DNA from: Chrysomallon squamiferum
Lineage: Eukaryota; Animalia; Mollusca
Length of the DNA stretch: 64,000 nucleotides
Reading direction: 5' to 3'
NCBI GenBank assembly: GCA_012295275.1
Contig: CM022671.1
Coordinates: 12,772,001 to 12,836,000, forward strand
Position 1 is the first letter of the stretch; every line of letters begins with the position of its first letter. A program made the translations under genes and the position numbers. This document shows, piece by piece, positions 25,601 to 39,400 of the stretch. The notes beneath the pieces were generated by a model that was not told where the DNA came from, made no database searches, and worked only from the letters and a program-made list of their open reading frames with translations.

Positions 25601-28600
25601 GTACGTAATGTAAACAATTAAATATTATAGAAATGAATAAATAAAAACAAAAGAATAATAGTTTTAAAATGCTATTATTGAGATGGCTGGATTTAATAAA
25701 TAGCGTGAGTACGAATGGATCAAATTATAGATAATGAAATATTCTAAACAAATGTCCTTGAGATGACTGTATTAGCAAGGTTGGATGGTATACATTACAA
25801 ATAATAAATAATGAAATATTCTAAACAGATATATCCTAGAGGTGTCTGGTTTAACAATATCCATGTGGATGGACAAAACCTAACCTTAATGAAATAAATA
25901 TTTACTTGGTTCGGGTATTTCAAACAACGCACAGTATGGTTCTCTTTCAAACACATCAGCAGCTGCGTAATCGTTAAACAAGTGTGTTTTCAAAAGATGC
26001 ACTCTGTCACTTCTGTAAGATAATGCAAATCCACATAAAATAATTTTTTACATCTATCATCCGTGCAGCAGATGGTAATATTCATTTGTATTGATATGGA
26101 TCCGCACAAAATAACGTTATTAACCGTACCTCCTTGTATTAAAAAGTTTTCATTAATGTCTTTATTATTGTTGGTGTTGTTGTTTTTAATAAAAGTTTTA
26201 TTATTATTCTCACTTTGATATATTTTTTAATAATAGTCATTTTGTTGTCTGTTCTTCTGTATTTTAATATGCTTATTAAATTATATTCATATCTACAGAA
26301 GTTAGTGTATATTATATTATATCCATGCATAAAAGTAAAAGTATTTTACATGTTAATATGTTTATTAAATTACATTATACTCACCTATAGAAGTAAGCAT
26401 ATTGTTCTTTATAACTAGATCGACCTAGTCGTGGGCTCAAAGTGTAGTTGAACTGTTCTTGCCTGCAAGGGTTTAAACTAATTTATTTATTTACTTTTTT
26501 ATATGCTTATTTTAACGCACAAAATCACAATAATATTAAAATAAATAAAATAAAATAATAAATACATTTTTAATTATTGTTTGAGGATTAACAGGTCGTT
26601 ACACTAAGCAGATAAGATTTAAATAAAATATTAATTGATCAAGAAAATGGAATCATGTTTAATTAAATTATCTAAAGTCATCAATCAATCCCAGCTATGT
26701 GAAACTATTCATACTATAGAAAATGTGATAATTTACAAATTTTAGATGATCAAACTGTGTTTCTTACTCATTTTTCAATAAATTTTATATAGCAATATCT
26801 TGAGGGTGTTTCCATTAGAACAGTTTAATGATAAAATTAGCAGCAAATTAAATTCACTAAATATTTTTCAGCTGTGGTTCTAATGTTAGAAACTCACGTA
26901 TTAAGTATGTCGTTCAAATCTTGAACTGAATATCCAGAGCTGTCGCGTATCTCTTGTATAAGAATGATGTCATAACGTAAAATAATCTGAATCAAAATTT
27001 AATTGTAATTTAATATTTCTAGAAGATGAAATTTTGTTGATAAAATGAGATTTTGTTATGCTAAATATTGTAATTTCCCTTTTTTTCAGAAGTAAACAAA
27101 CTGTTAAAGTGATAACCAAATCTAAAAATATTATTTACAGACTACAAAACTTCTCTTACAAATAAGATGAAAACAAAAACTCAAACTCCAAAGATACAGG
27201 CCAGTTCCAAACAATAGTAAATACTATTGTATTCCTAGATATATATGATGTATGAAAATCATAAAAAATGTACTTGGATTCGACTGTTTGTATACTGAGA
27301 ACGTTTTGTTTTATAATTAACACCTGCCAGAAAATATCCTACAGATCGTTTCACAGATTAAGTCTTTTTTCCATGGATACTGAATTACATATATACTTAT
27401 CATAATAATCCACTTATACCATTCCCATTTCCACAGTGTCAATGACTGACCAGTTGTTTATGAGTAATCCTGAATAAAGGTTGAACACTTTATTCTATGT
27501 GGGATTAAGAATTTTAATTTTTTTTATATATAGTTAGTTAAACCTTTTCCATCAACTGAAATAAGGATGCATGAATAAATCTTTCATTTGGAGTCAAACA
27601 TGTCCTCCGGGTTAACATACTAGAAATGCTAACCATTTTTCTATAATTATGTTATTGTTAACTCTCTGCAATACAGAGGGTATCCTCCCATGTAGCCAAC
27701 ACCCAATGTTGTTCTAATAGATCGATTTGGTTAGGTTTTTGGCTAGGTGGGAGCTGGATGGTATGAGATTAACTTTGGTCAGTCTATTGTATTCGTGTGA
27801 TAGCTCTGGATATCAGCGTTGTCCCTAAAAGGGATGGCTAGTTTGCATGATTCTCGTGAGTATCGGATGATACACTGGGTGTAATGAGAAAAATACCTGT
27901 GTGGATAATTGGTAACATGACTTTTACATCTATCAGCAGTAATAATCTTTATTAATACACTGGTTTTAAAAGTAATATTAGTCTCTCATAAGCCATATAC
28001 TATTTACCTGGTAGCTCTTCTCATAAATGGTAGTACAAGAGTAACTTGGTTGGCTTTTAAACAGAACAGGACTTTCTGTTCATTCAATGCCATCTAGTCA
28101 TTTTGCGGTATTCTATTCACTCATATGTACACACTCATCAACATCACTACCAGAGTACTGCTATCTACTGAACTATATTCACTTAATATTAACACGGACA
28201 ATAGCTCTTAATACCAATGTTAATTTTCCCTGAATTTTGTTCACTCATATACACTTATCAACATCACTCGCAGAGTACTGCTATCTACTGAGCTATAGTC
28301 ACTTAAATAACGGACCATAGCCCTTAATACCAATTTACTATGAAAACATTTGGCCAAGGTATCCCAACATCATTTTGGCTATGTGGGAGACAGATTTTTT
28401 AAGTTTTAGTCTAGGTGGGAGTGAACCATAGAGAGTATGAGAATAAAATCAATACAATAGCCATTGTGATTGTAAGCCGTGATTTTGATAACCGACCAGA
28501 AACCGTAATGAACCTTTGTTTTCCTGTTTCTTTTTTTCTTGTTCAGTTTTCAGATAAATCCTACTTGACATTTTTATTTAGTTTTCAAAATAATTAGTAT

Positions 28601-28994
28601 ATGATTCATGATAAGGTGTTTTCCACCGACTCATTTCATGGATGAAAGCTGCATAAAACAATAGATGTGTGGGATCCCGCTAACAGAAGTCACCCATTTA
28701 TGTTCAGAGTCGATCTTTATCGAAATATGATTATTTGACATCTGGAGAATGAATAGATAAACAAATCATCTTTCACTGGTCAAGAGCAACATATATTAAA
28801 TGTCGACAGTTAAAAAATAAATTGGTCACAATTAGGTTGTCCTAACACTTTACCTGTTTTATAACATTCACAACATTTGGTTTATTCATCTTCGATTTTC
28901 CAAATGTTTGAATGTTGAAGGCTGCTATCTTGTGATGTCCCACAGCAGAGACTACCATAGAAATCAACAAAATGGCAATAAACACGGAGGACAT
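22619..28994 (-). CDS. DNASE1: Deoxyribonuclease I-like, 273 aa, 8 coding exons (28994-28854, 26986-26898, 26462-26385, 26012-25906, 25388-25276, 24872-24718, 23099-23009, 22666-22619)
   Basis: All junctions are GT-AG and phase-consistent. Signal peptide followed by IAAFNIQTFG, YDIILIQEIRD, LGRSSYKEQY, DVFEREP, LVGLHSKP (catalytic His), MGDMNAAC, DTT...CAYDR and VSDHFPVE. A non-coding first exon (donor ~29307) and a TATA box (~29375) lie upstream. Confidence 0.93.
23400..24000 (-). mobile_element. Degraded Tc1/mariner transposase fossil in a DNase I intron
   Basis: ORF 23434-23841 contains FQHDNTRPH and LNWPPKSPDLSPIEHAWD (the D and E region of the Tc1 DDE triad). Boundaries are approximate and no TIRs were identified. 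Confidence 0.85.
28115..28335. repeat. Two-copy ~100-125-bp tandem duplication in a DNase I intron
   Basis: TTCACTCATAT...CATCAACATCACT...AGAGTACTGCTATCTACTGA...CTTAATACCAAT occurs at ~28115 and ~28240. Confidence 0.85.
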
Positions 28995-30516
28995 TGTAAA
29001 TCTGTAATGAAAATAGAAACTTTCAGAAGAAACTTAAAAAATATATATCGAACTTGAGAGAAATAGGAAAGTTAAGGAGAAAAAGAGAGAGGGCTAAAGA
29101 GAGAGAATGAAAAAGCGGCAGAAAGAGAGAAAAAAATTACATGGAAATGGAGATACATAAGCATACATATCTGTGTATATGTATGTGTGTGTGCGGGTGT
29201 GCGTATACGGCGAGAGAGAGAGACACTGAAATTGTCACGGTTATAATAAAACAGTTCTATATCCAGTGACGTCAGTCAAACATACGTATTGTAAAAGCCA
29301 CATTACCTGGAAGGCCTTTCTCTCTCAACTACTTTGATTATCACACACTACCTTCCTAACGAAGATGCTCTGTATTTATAGCATGATCAGTTGTTTTGTC
29401 CGCGCGTAGGCCGATTTGACTCATCTGTTGTGCTAAAAGCAAAACAGGTGTCACCATGTTTTCCATTTACAATTAAGGCAGGCACAGCAGAAGCCATGTA
29501 ACATTTAACCATGCGCAGGCTCTAGTTCTAAAATTATTAATTTCAAGATACACACTTTTTTGCTGATTGTAAAATTTTACAGTTAGTTATAAGTAACGTA
29601 GACAGTTCTCAAAAGCAGCTACTTATATTTAAAATATGGATTGCAAACATATTTATGTTTAGGTGGTTTTATTATTATTTTGGTTATGTATTGAATACAT
29701 CTGTAATCATTTCTCAAAATTGCTTGTTTTAATATGTTTGTTATTAAGAAATCTATATTAAACACAACAAGTATATTATTTTGAGTAATATGTGATTTTA
29801 TATATTATTATTTTAAAATTAATTGTGTTAAATGAGATCGGATGACGAAACTGATCAGAATTCCCATAAATCTTAATTCTTTTAATACAATCTTTATATA
29901 ACATAATGTTCCTTTTTTCTTCTTCTTCGTTCTCGGCCCGTACCATTATTATTCTATGCAACACGGCAGAAACTATGTAATGAACTCAACGCTGACCTTT
30001 GTTGTTTTAGACATTCAGATTTTCATGTTATCTGTGTTTTATAATATTGATAATAATTAATAATCTATAGTATTTCCACAGGTACAAATACATTTTGTTT
30101 GCTTCTGGTCCGTCATAAATTGTTTTATTATTGACATACATCCTCTCTCACGCTTCCACTGAATTTGATTAATAAAAACGAAACACAACGAGAATAACTT
30201 AATGAACGTGTTTAACTATGAACTATTGACCCAACTATACTATTCCTCCTAAGTTGTATAACATTACTCCAATATCAATCAAACAATAAAAAACATAATA
30301 ATACATGTTTCTGTTTCATTCGAGTGGCTAAATCCGTTCATCAGTAAGCACTCCACGTAAAAAAGTATTTTTGTTTCTGTTCGATAATTCTCGAGCTTAT
30401 AAAGGGACAGTCTAATAAATAACTTAACGAGATTATTGGGCATTGGTTCACTCTGCTGTTTGACATGTAAATAGGGGTTAAAAAAAAAAAAAAAAAAAAA
30501 AAAAATCTATTCACGG

Positions 30517-30557
30517 GTAGCGTAGCGACGTTTGTATCACGTGACTTCTAGGGCAAC
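30517..30557 (+). promoter_or_regulatory. Candidate promoter elements: E-box flanked by two degenerate RFX X-box-like sites
   Basis: GTAGCGTAGCGAC, TCACGTGA and CTTCTAGGGCAAC cluster in a CpG-richer patch just upstream of a putative non-coding exon (donor GTAAGT at 30669). Confidence 0.3.
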
Positions 30558-31693
30558 GTACCTGCTGTATGTGTATGTTTGGTGGGACTTTACACACATA
30601 ATTCATAATACTCGTTTTATGTAATTTATTATTAGTGAACACGGCTGAAGAACTGTTAATGTCTCACTGTAAGTAGCAGTAAATCATTTTGTTGAAGAAT
30701 TTAAGACTTTGAGTGTTTTCTAAGAGCGATTTGTGTCATGTTTTGTGGTGATCCGATATCGAGAGACTCTTAAATGCCTATAAACAACAAATGCGAGTAA
30801 ATAACGTTTCAAAATTAAACCATAAGGATTTAAAGCAAAAGTAAATAATTACCCTAGGGTAAGTTAAATAAATAAAATTAATAAAAAATATTCGTTGAAC
30901 CTGATGTATTGATTGTTATTATTGTTTAAAATAGTTGGATAGCGATGGAGAATGTGTTATAAAAAGTGAAATACCACTAATGTATTTTACGTTATTATAG
31001 TAATATCTCGTTACTTATTACAGATTTTTTTTTTTTTTTTTTAAATTGATTTAAATTTTATTTTTCTTAACAAAAAAACATTTAAAAGTAAAATATGTAA
31101 AAAAAAAGAGTTAAACTTTACAATATTCTTAGGTTTATTTTATTACTGATGTTGTTTTTATTTAAATATTTTATTAATAGCTGCTTCTGTCTATGAGGAA
31201 TGGTGTGTGGTAAATAAAACAAACTAAATTCAGTTTACTAAGTTTCATAACTAACAATTCTTACAGCGATAAGATTATCCATGTTTTATTTATAAATGTC
31301 CATTTTTTAAATTTAATTCAGCATATGATCCTCACATTTATATAAATGCATGCCTATACCTATTAATATACTTTCCCTATTATCAAAATAATTATTAAAT
31401 AAATATATTATTACTTAAAGATTGTTGTAGCAGTAGTGATAGTATCAGTAATAAAAGCATCAGCAGCAGCAGTAGTAACTGTAAAGACAACAGAATCTAA
31501 GGATAACTTAAATCAGTTTTTTTTAAATATATTGTTTCAATTACTAATTTAATAACAAAGTTGCATAAATGGCCCAGGAATATTTATCTTGGCTGAATTT
31601 GTTTTTAAATAATTACAATTTTTTTTTTTTAGATCCTTCCTGACATTTGGTAGACCAAATAATCAAAATATTTCAAGGTGATATTTTGTCACA

Positions 31694-34600
31694 ATGGCAA
31701 CCTCTTTACCCAGGATAACCCCTCGGGAGACTACATGTGCTCCAGTACCAAGGTCTTATTCAGCAAATTCAATGTATGTCAGTTATCCCCCACCACATCT
31801 CACCAGCACCATGGATTTTGTGCAAGTGCCTCCAAGGATTAACCCTTTGGCTCCGCCACCTCCAAGAAAGAGAATAAACACTAGTTGGGAGACAATAGAA
31901 CAGCATTTACATAATGACAGACGTAGAATTTTCATGCAGGCTCGAGAACATGAGAGATATCATTCTGCCTGGGCTAAAGGATTTTATGGTCCTCCAGCAG
32001 AAAGAGAAGCATACAGGTAAGTCTGATGAATCATATATATATATCTGTGTGGACAAATATTAAAGTATTGATAATATTTTACATAAAAACATTGCTTTTC
32101 CACATCTTTTAAAACTGGAATGTATTGCATCTCTATGAAGCTAGTTATGTCCCAGGTTTGATTCTCATCAAACACCAAATACTGTTTTTTATTTAAATAT
32201 GATGTTGTATGTGACAACACAACTTTAATCTGATTTAATTTTGTACACTTTCTACCAAGTATAATGCATTACAAATGTGTTATCAATACTGTATTTCAAA
32301 TGCTTTCTAAGTCAGTATGTGTTATTATTATCATGATGATGATCATCATCATCATTCTACATCACAAGTGTATCAAACAAGCTGCTATTCAGCCACTAGG
32401 AATAAGACACATGCATTTTTGTTAGCACACAAATTCAAATATTTAAACAAACAGCTCAATATACAACTAAGTAAATATTTAATAACATATAATATATACA
32501 TACTACTCGAATAGAACTGAAAAAATTCAATATCAAATCAATTTTATAGACAGCTTCCTTTACAAATCAGTTTTTTATTGTCTGCTATCATTATATGTTT
32601 TATAACTATTTTAAGTGTACTCTCTTGATACAAAACTAAACGTATTTTAGTGTAACCTAATGATACAAATCTATGGTATAACAGAATACCCTAGATATTC
32701 AAACCTTTGTATATAAATATATATGTATCTGTGGTACCATAGTGATAAACAAAGGTGTATTTCAGTGTATTGATTCCAATTATTTGCAATAAAAAATGAA
32801 TGTAGCCAGCTATCCTTTCATAAATGACATATATTATTTCATCATTAAAAAAAACATTTGTACAAATAATCTCATTTTCAGCAGAAAATAAATTTGATCA
32901 TTAATGATCATGGCACAATATAGGATATGGTTGCAATTATCCATCTTTTATTATTACAGTTTTAATCAGTAACCACATCATTCTGACTTATGGGCAGAAA
33001 TTACTGTATACATAACTTTGTACATTATGCAGTAGTCTAAAGTACATTAACATATTTTTATGGAAGTTCATATTCACTGTTTATGACCAATTTACAAAAC
33101 AGTCTAGTCAAGGAGGTACTGTTCCTTAAAGAAAAAATATAGCAAACCATAATGCATCATGTTTGTAGGTTCTGTATCTAGCATGTGTATATAATAATAC
33201 ATACCTAAAACCAGTTGTGATGTTATTCAGTCTGTCTTAAGAAGAAACAAAAGCAATACAGTGGAAAAAATAAGTGAATCTTAGAACTGTGCATACAGAT
33301 TTAAAAAAATTAATTAATTAATTAAAACTGAAACATTTGGAAAATAGTTTACATTTTTAAACTAAACACATGTTTTTCAGTTTCACTGAATTGCTATCTT
33401 GACATCTATTGGTTATTTTCTCTTTACAGAATTAAAAATATTTTCAAAGTTTTTAATAATTGATCTTTATAATATTGTAATAATAGATTTCTATAGATTG
33501 AATTTGATTTTGACTGAGTAAGACAATCATCTTCTTACTCTTTCTTGCTATGGAGAAATATGAGACAGTATGTAATATTCATTCAGTGATTTCTAAATTC
33601 ATCCAAAAAACTAATAAATAATAATAATATGAATAAAAACACAATTATAAAATTTAGATATCATTAAGGATTACCTAGATAAAAAAAATAAACTTATTAA
33701 AATGTGAAAATTTTATATCAAAATATAAAATAATTAGATTTTGTATTTTGAAGAAGTAGTTGATCAATAATGTTATAATGTAAATAAATCAAGTACAAGC
33801 ATTTATAATTTAAAAAAAAAAGTACCTTGTCCAGTTTTCTTCTTTCTTCCCCAATGGATTAAATACAGATTAAACTGAAACTGTAACTTTGATTAAATCT
33901 CTTTCTCCTTTTTTTTTCTTGTGGGTAAATATTTAGAACAGTCACATTTTCAAAGTTTTATTTCAGTTTGTGTTGGTAATAAAACTGCAGAGGATCAATG
34001 GATAATCTAGATTCTGTAAATAACCTTTGTTGTCAATTTATTGATTGTCAGTTAGCTGGTCCTTTATTTGATTGTAGGCAAGAAAAACTTTACTGACAAT
34101 AAACAACACCTTTCACCTTTACAAAATTTATCGGCTATGAAGTCGTGTCAGTACATTACCACTAAATGACAGAGGTCAGATTTGGTTTAAGAATACAGCC
34201 TTACTTAATCTGCCTAATAAATATTTCAAAGTATCAAACTGTTGCTGTGTATTAAATTTATAAGAAGAGATCTTTCATCTTCTTTTTATCACAGTCAATA
34301 TAAAATGTATTGTCTTGGGGACACCATCTGCAGAAATCACTATTTTGTGACAACATGTTGTTTATTGGTTGTGTGTTATTGCATCTCTTTCTTTACAAAT
34401 GCTAAATCCATATCTGGTAATTGTTTAAGTTTGAAACTTTTTGTGCTTTTTCAGAATGTTGTTTAAATTTCAGATGCACAACAGCTTTTACTTTATAAAT
34501 AACAGTAATAATACATATTTAATGATATTCCATACAATTACCTAGCAAGCACATGGGGTATCAAAAATAAAGAAACTCCAGAATTATATAGATACATATT

Positions 34601-36434
34601 TATGCAATTTCCAATGCTATTTTTTTCTTTTTTAATTAAATAAAATTGAACAGTTAATATTGCTATGTATTTATTACATTTTTGTATTATTTATGTTATA
34701 TATGTTATCTTAGAACAAATAATCTGTGTATGTCCATAGAGTTCACTCAGACTTCTTAATTTGCTGTGTCATTATTGAAACAAAAACAACCTATTTACCT
34801 TAGAAAATTTAAAATTGAGTATTTATGGGAAGTATTTATCTTTAATCTCATGTTCTTGTGGTTTGATAACTTGTCCTCTGCTGCCTGGTTATCAGAAAAC
34901 TTGATAAGAAAATGAATGAGAATGGGTAGTTTAAATAATATTATGTTACATAGAATACAAATTTATCTGAAAGGTAAATTTCTCCCTGATAATGAAGAAA
35001 GGAACACGAATACATAAGCAGTGATAACAGAAAATGAATGAAACTAATTTGACTGAGGTCAGATCCAATTAGCATTGAGGAGTAGTGATTACAAAATCTC
35101 TTACTTTGTTGACAATAATTTTAATTTTATAGTTAATGTAATGATGATGATGATGATAAAGGTAATAGTAATAAAGTGTAGAAGTATTAGTAGTAGTTGC
35201 TGTTGTTGCTGTTGTTGTTAAAGTTGTAGTAATAAAAGTAGCACTAATAATAGAACAGTAATATATAGCTGAAGGTTGGAGCAGTATTTGAGATAATAGT
35301 AATAGCAGTTGTTATTAGTAGCAGAATTATTAACAGTAGTAGTCTGTGAATTAATGAATGAATGTTTAATAATGGGAAAGAAAATTTACTGCTGTCACAT
35401 ATAGGTTATTCTTATTACTTAGATACAAGAGATTTGTATTTTCCCATACACAGGACAGCACATACAGCAGCTTTTTATAAATCAATTATGAGAAGTTATA
35501 GAAACGAGGAGGACTGATCTTTCTTCTCTAGCAAGTTTGTATAATCATTAACATAGTAATAGCAATAGTAGCAGTGGAAGTAACAGTAATAATTGCTTTT
35601 GGTATATTGTTTTAGGATGGTTTAAAAGGAGAATGACTAGAAATAAATCTTCCTTTAAGTATAGTTTTCTTCTCCTTCTTTTTCTTCGCCTTCTTCTTAT
35701 TGTTATTGCTATTGTAATTGTTATCATCATCATTATCATCGCTATAATCATTATTATTTCAGAATAATTGGTTTTATTATTGTAAATTTTTTTTGTTTTT
35801 TTCCAGAAAACATTTCCGAGAGGTACTCAAAGAACAAATGTCATATCAGGATTATCTGAAGAAGCAAGAATTAAAAAACAAAATTAAGGAGAGTGAAGCG
35901 GCAGTTGAATATGATAGAAACTGTCTACAAGAAGATGCAGAAAAATATATTAAGAAATATACATATCTTAAAAACTTTAGAGATGGTAACAAAATAGTAA
36001 GTATACTTTATTTTTTGTATGTATGTATGTGTGTCTGTGGGTGTGTATGTCTGTATATGCAATTATGCATATGTGTATCTTTGTATTTATTTCTGTGTGT
36101 ATACATATATATATATATGTATTTATATATTTCATTTTTTTATCTACATAATCATATGGACAGTTTTCAAAATTATTTACATTTTAATCTTTTTAAATGA
36201 AATGGCTTACAGTAGTAAATTTTGCTTAAAATATTTGTTTTCTTTGTAAATTAATCATACAATGAAAATTTTTACAGTAGTAAACTTTTATCATAATGTT
36301 CACTTTTTATCTTTTAAAATTAGATAATGGAAAACCAGTGGCGAGAAAACAGACTACTACGCGAACATGAAAATAAAGTTGACAGAGAAATGCTGAAATA
36401 TAACCCCATTAATTGGAGCTGTACACTCAAATAA
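31694..36434 (+). CDS. Uncharacterised 207-aa protein, 3 coding exons (31694-32016, 35807-35996, 36324-36434)
   Basis: Strong splice sites with consistent phases (2, 0). Pro-rich N-terminus and charged helical C-terminus (...REAYRKHFREVLKEQM...FRDGNKIIMENQWRE...YNPINWSCTLK*). Acceptor at 31632 precedes the ATG. Confidence 0.85.
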
Positions 36435-39400
36435 AACCAGTTCTTTAACAAAACATTAACATTTACAAAATGCTCATATCTAATTAATTTTTTTATGTTA
36501 ACTGTGGACAAAACTAGTGAAAATGTATGGCCATAGAAAACTATTTGTGACATATGCTGCATCAAATTTTATCTGGTTGGAGTTATATTCTGTATTAGAA
36601 AGCTAAGCATAAACATTTTTAGGAATCAATAATTTAGGCCTTAATAAATTTGTTGTCAATATCTGCATGTACATCTGTATGTTTGTGAATATATATTTAT
36701 TTATTAATATGTAGATGCAGATAAACAGGCAGATACAATAATGTATATAACTAATAGATGGAGATACAGTCTATACATAAACATAACATATACCCAGAAT
36801 TTTAATGTATATATTTTTTATATCCAGACAAATGGAGCAAGAATTATACATACAAACACAAATATGATAGCATATGTCTATCTGTTCAATATATATATAT
36901 TACTATGTAGATACAGGCAAAAATCTATAAAGCTTGTAAAGAAAGAGACTTTATCACATGAAGAACTGGTCCAAGATACAACATTAAATCACAATGAATA
37001 ATGAAATTGTTTGTAAAAATATTGTGAATGCAGTTGCATTGGACATAAATTTAGACTTGTAGTATATATAATATATATTTTTATTATTAACTTATTTCAG
37101 TTGTGTATATTTCTAGAATAGGGTAATTTTGTGTAATTTAAATTAAAAAATGTTCACTACATCATTGTATGTGTCAAAGTGGATCTAGATTACAGAAAAT
37201 GGGTTACACAAAGTGAGTCTCCTTATCTGTTTCTGGTATCCATTGGTATACAGAGTAAATGAATAACTCATTTTGAAGCTGTTGCTGCAAAATGGATGTT
37301 GTTCACTCTAGAATGTATATGATCTATTAATAATTAGGGTAAATCATTTTTTTAAAGTAACTTTCTATTAAAGCTTTATTAATGTTTTTCAGTAATAATG
37401 TTTATTGATGCCTAAAACTTGTCATATTTATCATGCAGACTGTTTTATGAAATGATATATATGTTTCAGACTATAAATAATGATAATAATACCAACAAAT
37501 GAAAGAGATAATGAAACTCCATTAATGCCAGTTGTTATTCAAAATACATATTTCCATAAAATGCTATCACATTATTATGTCATAACAAGTTTTTCTCTTT
37601 TATGATAATAACACTGACATTCTTGATTTTCATGTTTGCAAACAACGTTAAAATTATGTTATCTTTTGTTATCATTTTTATAATTACCAGTAAAATGACT
37701 GATTATCAACTAAGATAATAATAAAAAATAAAGAATGGTACATTATATATTTTGTTTACTGATAAATTCTTGCTGTCCTGAGGGTAAATATTGAAAATAA
37801 TTTTTTGAATTAGCAAATAGAAACATAGATTATCATGGCAGATAACATTTATTTTTACTTCAACAAATTTGTTCACTGCTACCCAAATGACACATCAGAC
37901 TGTCATGGAATAAACTCCAGTGAATAAGAATGATACACTAAATCAGAAATAGGCTTACTTAGAGCAAGGTACATCCAAATTCTTAGTTGTACATTTTGAT
38001 CATTTCAAAAACTTTTATGTCCTTTAACATGACCACTCAAAAACATGATTTAACTGAATCCATTTCCAGAATCTGACTCAGAAAAGTATCAAATTTCAGC
38101 ACTAGTCAAATTCACTAAGAAACAACCAATAATTCAGATATGACAGGTAATGAAAACCACTGACTGCAGAAGACACATTAGGACTAATGTTTAAATTTTT
38201 AAACAGATTTTAGATGAGTTCAAGTGTATATAGCATTGATTGTGAATTTACTTTCTTTTCTTTTTTATTTCACTTTCTATTATATCATCCATTGCTTTTG
38301 AATCATTTTGAATAACTGACACAGAATTTAAATATGTTATTTTTAATTTTTTGAAAAACAAAACAATAATTCCAATAGGCTAAAATAAACACTGAAAATT
38401 TTAAACCATTATTAAAATACATTTATAATCTTTTTTATTGATTATTTATACATATATTAAATCAGTTTTTAATCAGCAAAATGTAGCATTGTTTTTTACA
38501 CAGAAATGCGTTTACAAGATTATTTTCACACTTCATGATAACATCCAAATGGTGAAGGAATCTTTTTCAGTGTGTTAAAAGTCACAGCTTAAAGTGAGAA
38601 ATTCTTAAAATAACTTTCTTTTTATGTTATTAATAATTATATCAAATATTTTTGGTCAAATGATCTCCCTTCTACAGTTATTAGTAGTATCTATTATATA
38701 AAGTTCATCTATATCATTTTAACTACTTGTTATTTTTTATTCTTAACTTGGTACCAAAACTTGAGTGTAATAAATTTGTTTAGTGTTTATATATATTTTT
38801 TTTTTTTTTCAAAAAGACTATTTTTTAAAGTTTTTATATGAAGGAAATAATTGAGGGTGTTTTACTTCATATCACCTTTCATCTTCAGCTGCCATAAATT
38901 AGATGCCTTAATATCTGAAACAAACAGTATTTGAGAGGAAGTTTCTAAAACATTCTACCTAGGTTTTCAATCCTTTTAAGTATTAATTTTTTCTGTGATG
39001 TTTCTTTTGATAATAAACCTTTTGTTCTTTCTTTGCATGTCTTTGGTGTCGTGTGTTATTTACTGTGTAAATGTTTACTGATACCTCAACCTATTCAATT
39101 AACTGTCAGCTATATATAATTGTTTTCAGATATGAAACCTGCTTTAACTGTGCATGACCCACTCCTACTGATTAGCATAACCGGATATTTAATATGTACT
39201 TTCCCATAAACAGGAACTCTATGCCATGAACACACGTAATTAAAATTATTGTTTATTATTGATACAGATGACTGCACTTTGTTCAAGACACTGCTTAATT
39301 TCCTAATTTAAATTACAGAACAAAATATTTTAAAAATTAAAAGATACTGGGTTTTTTTTTTTTTTTTTTTTTGTATGAAGTACAGAAAAACCAGTGCGTA

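Noticed and set aside
25640-25880. Three degenerate ~75-bp tandem units in a DNase I intron
   Set aside because: Ordinary decayed intronic minisatellite with no splice-site or coding content.
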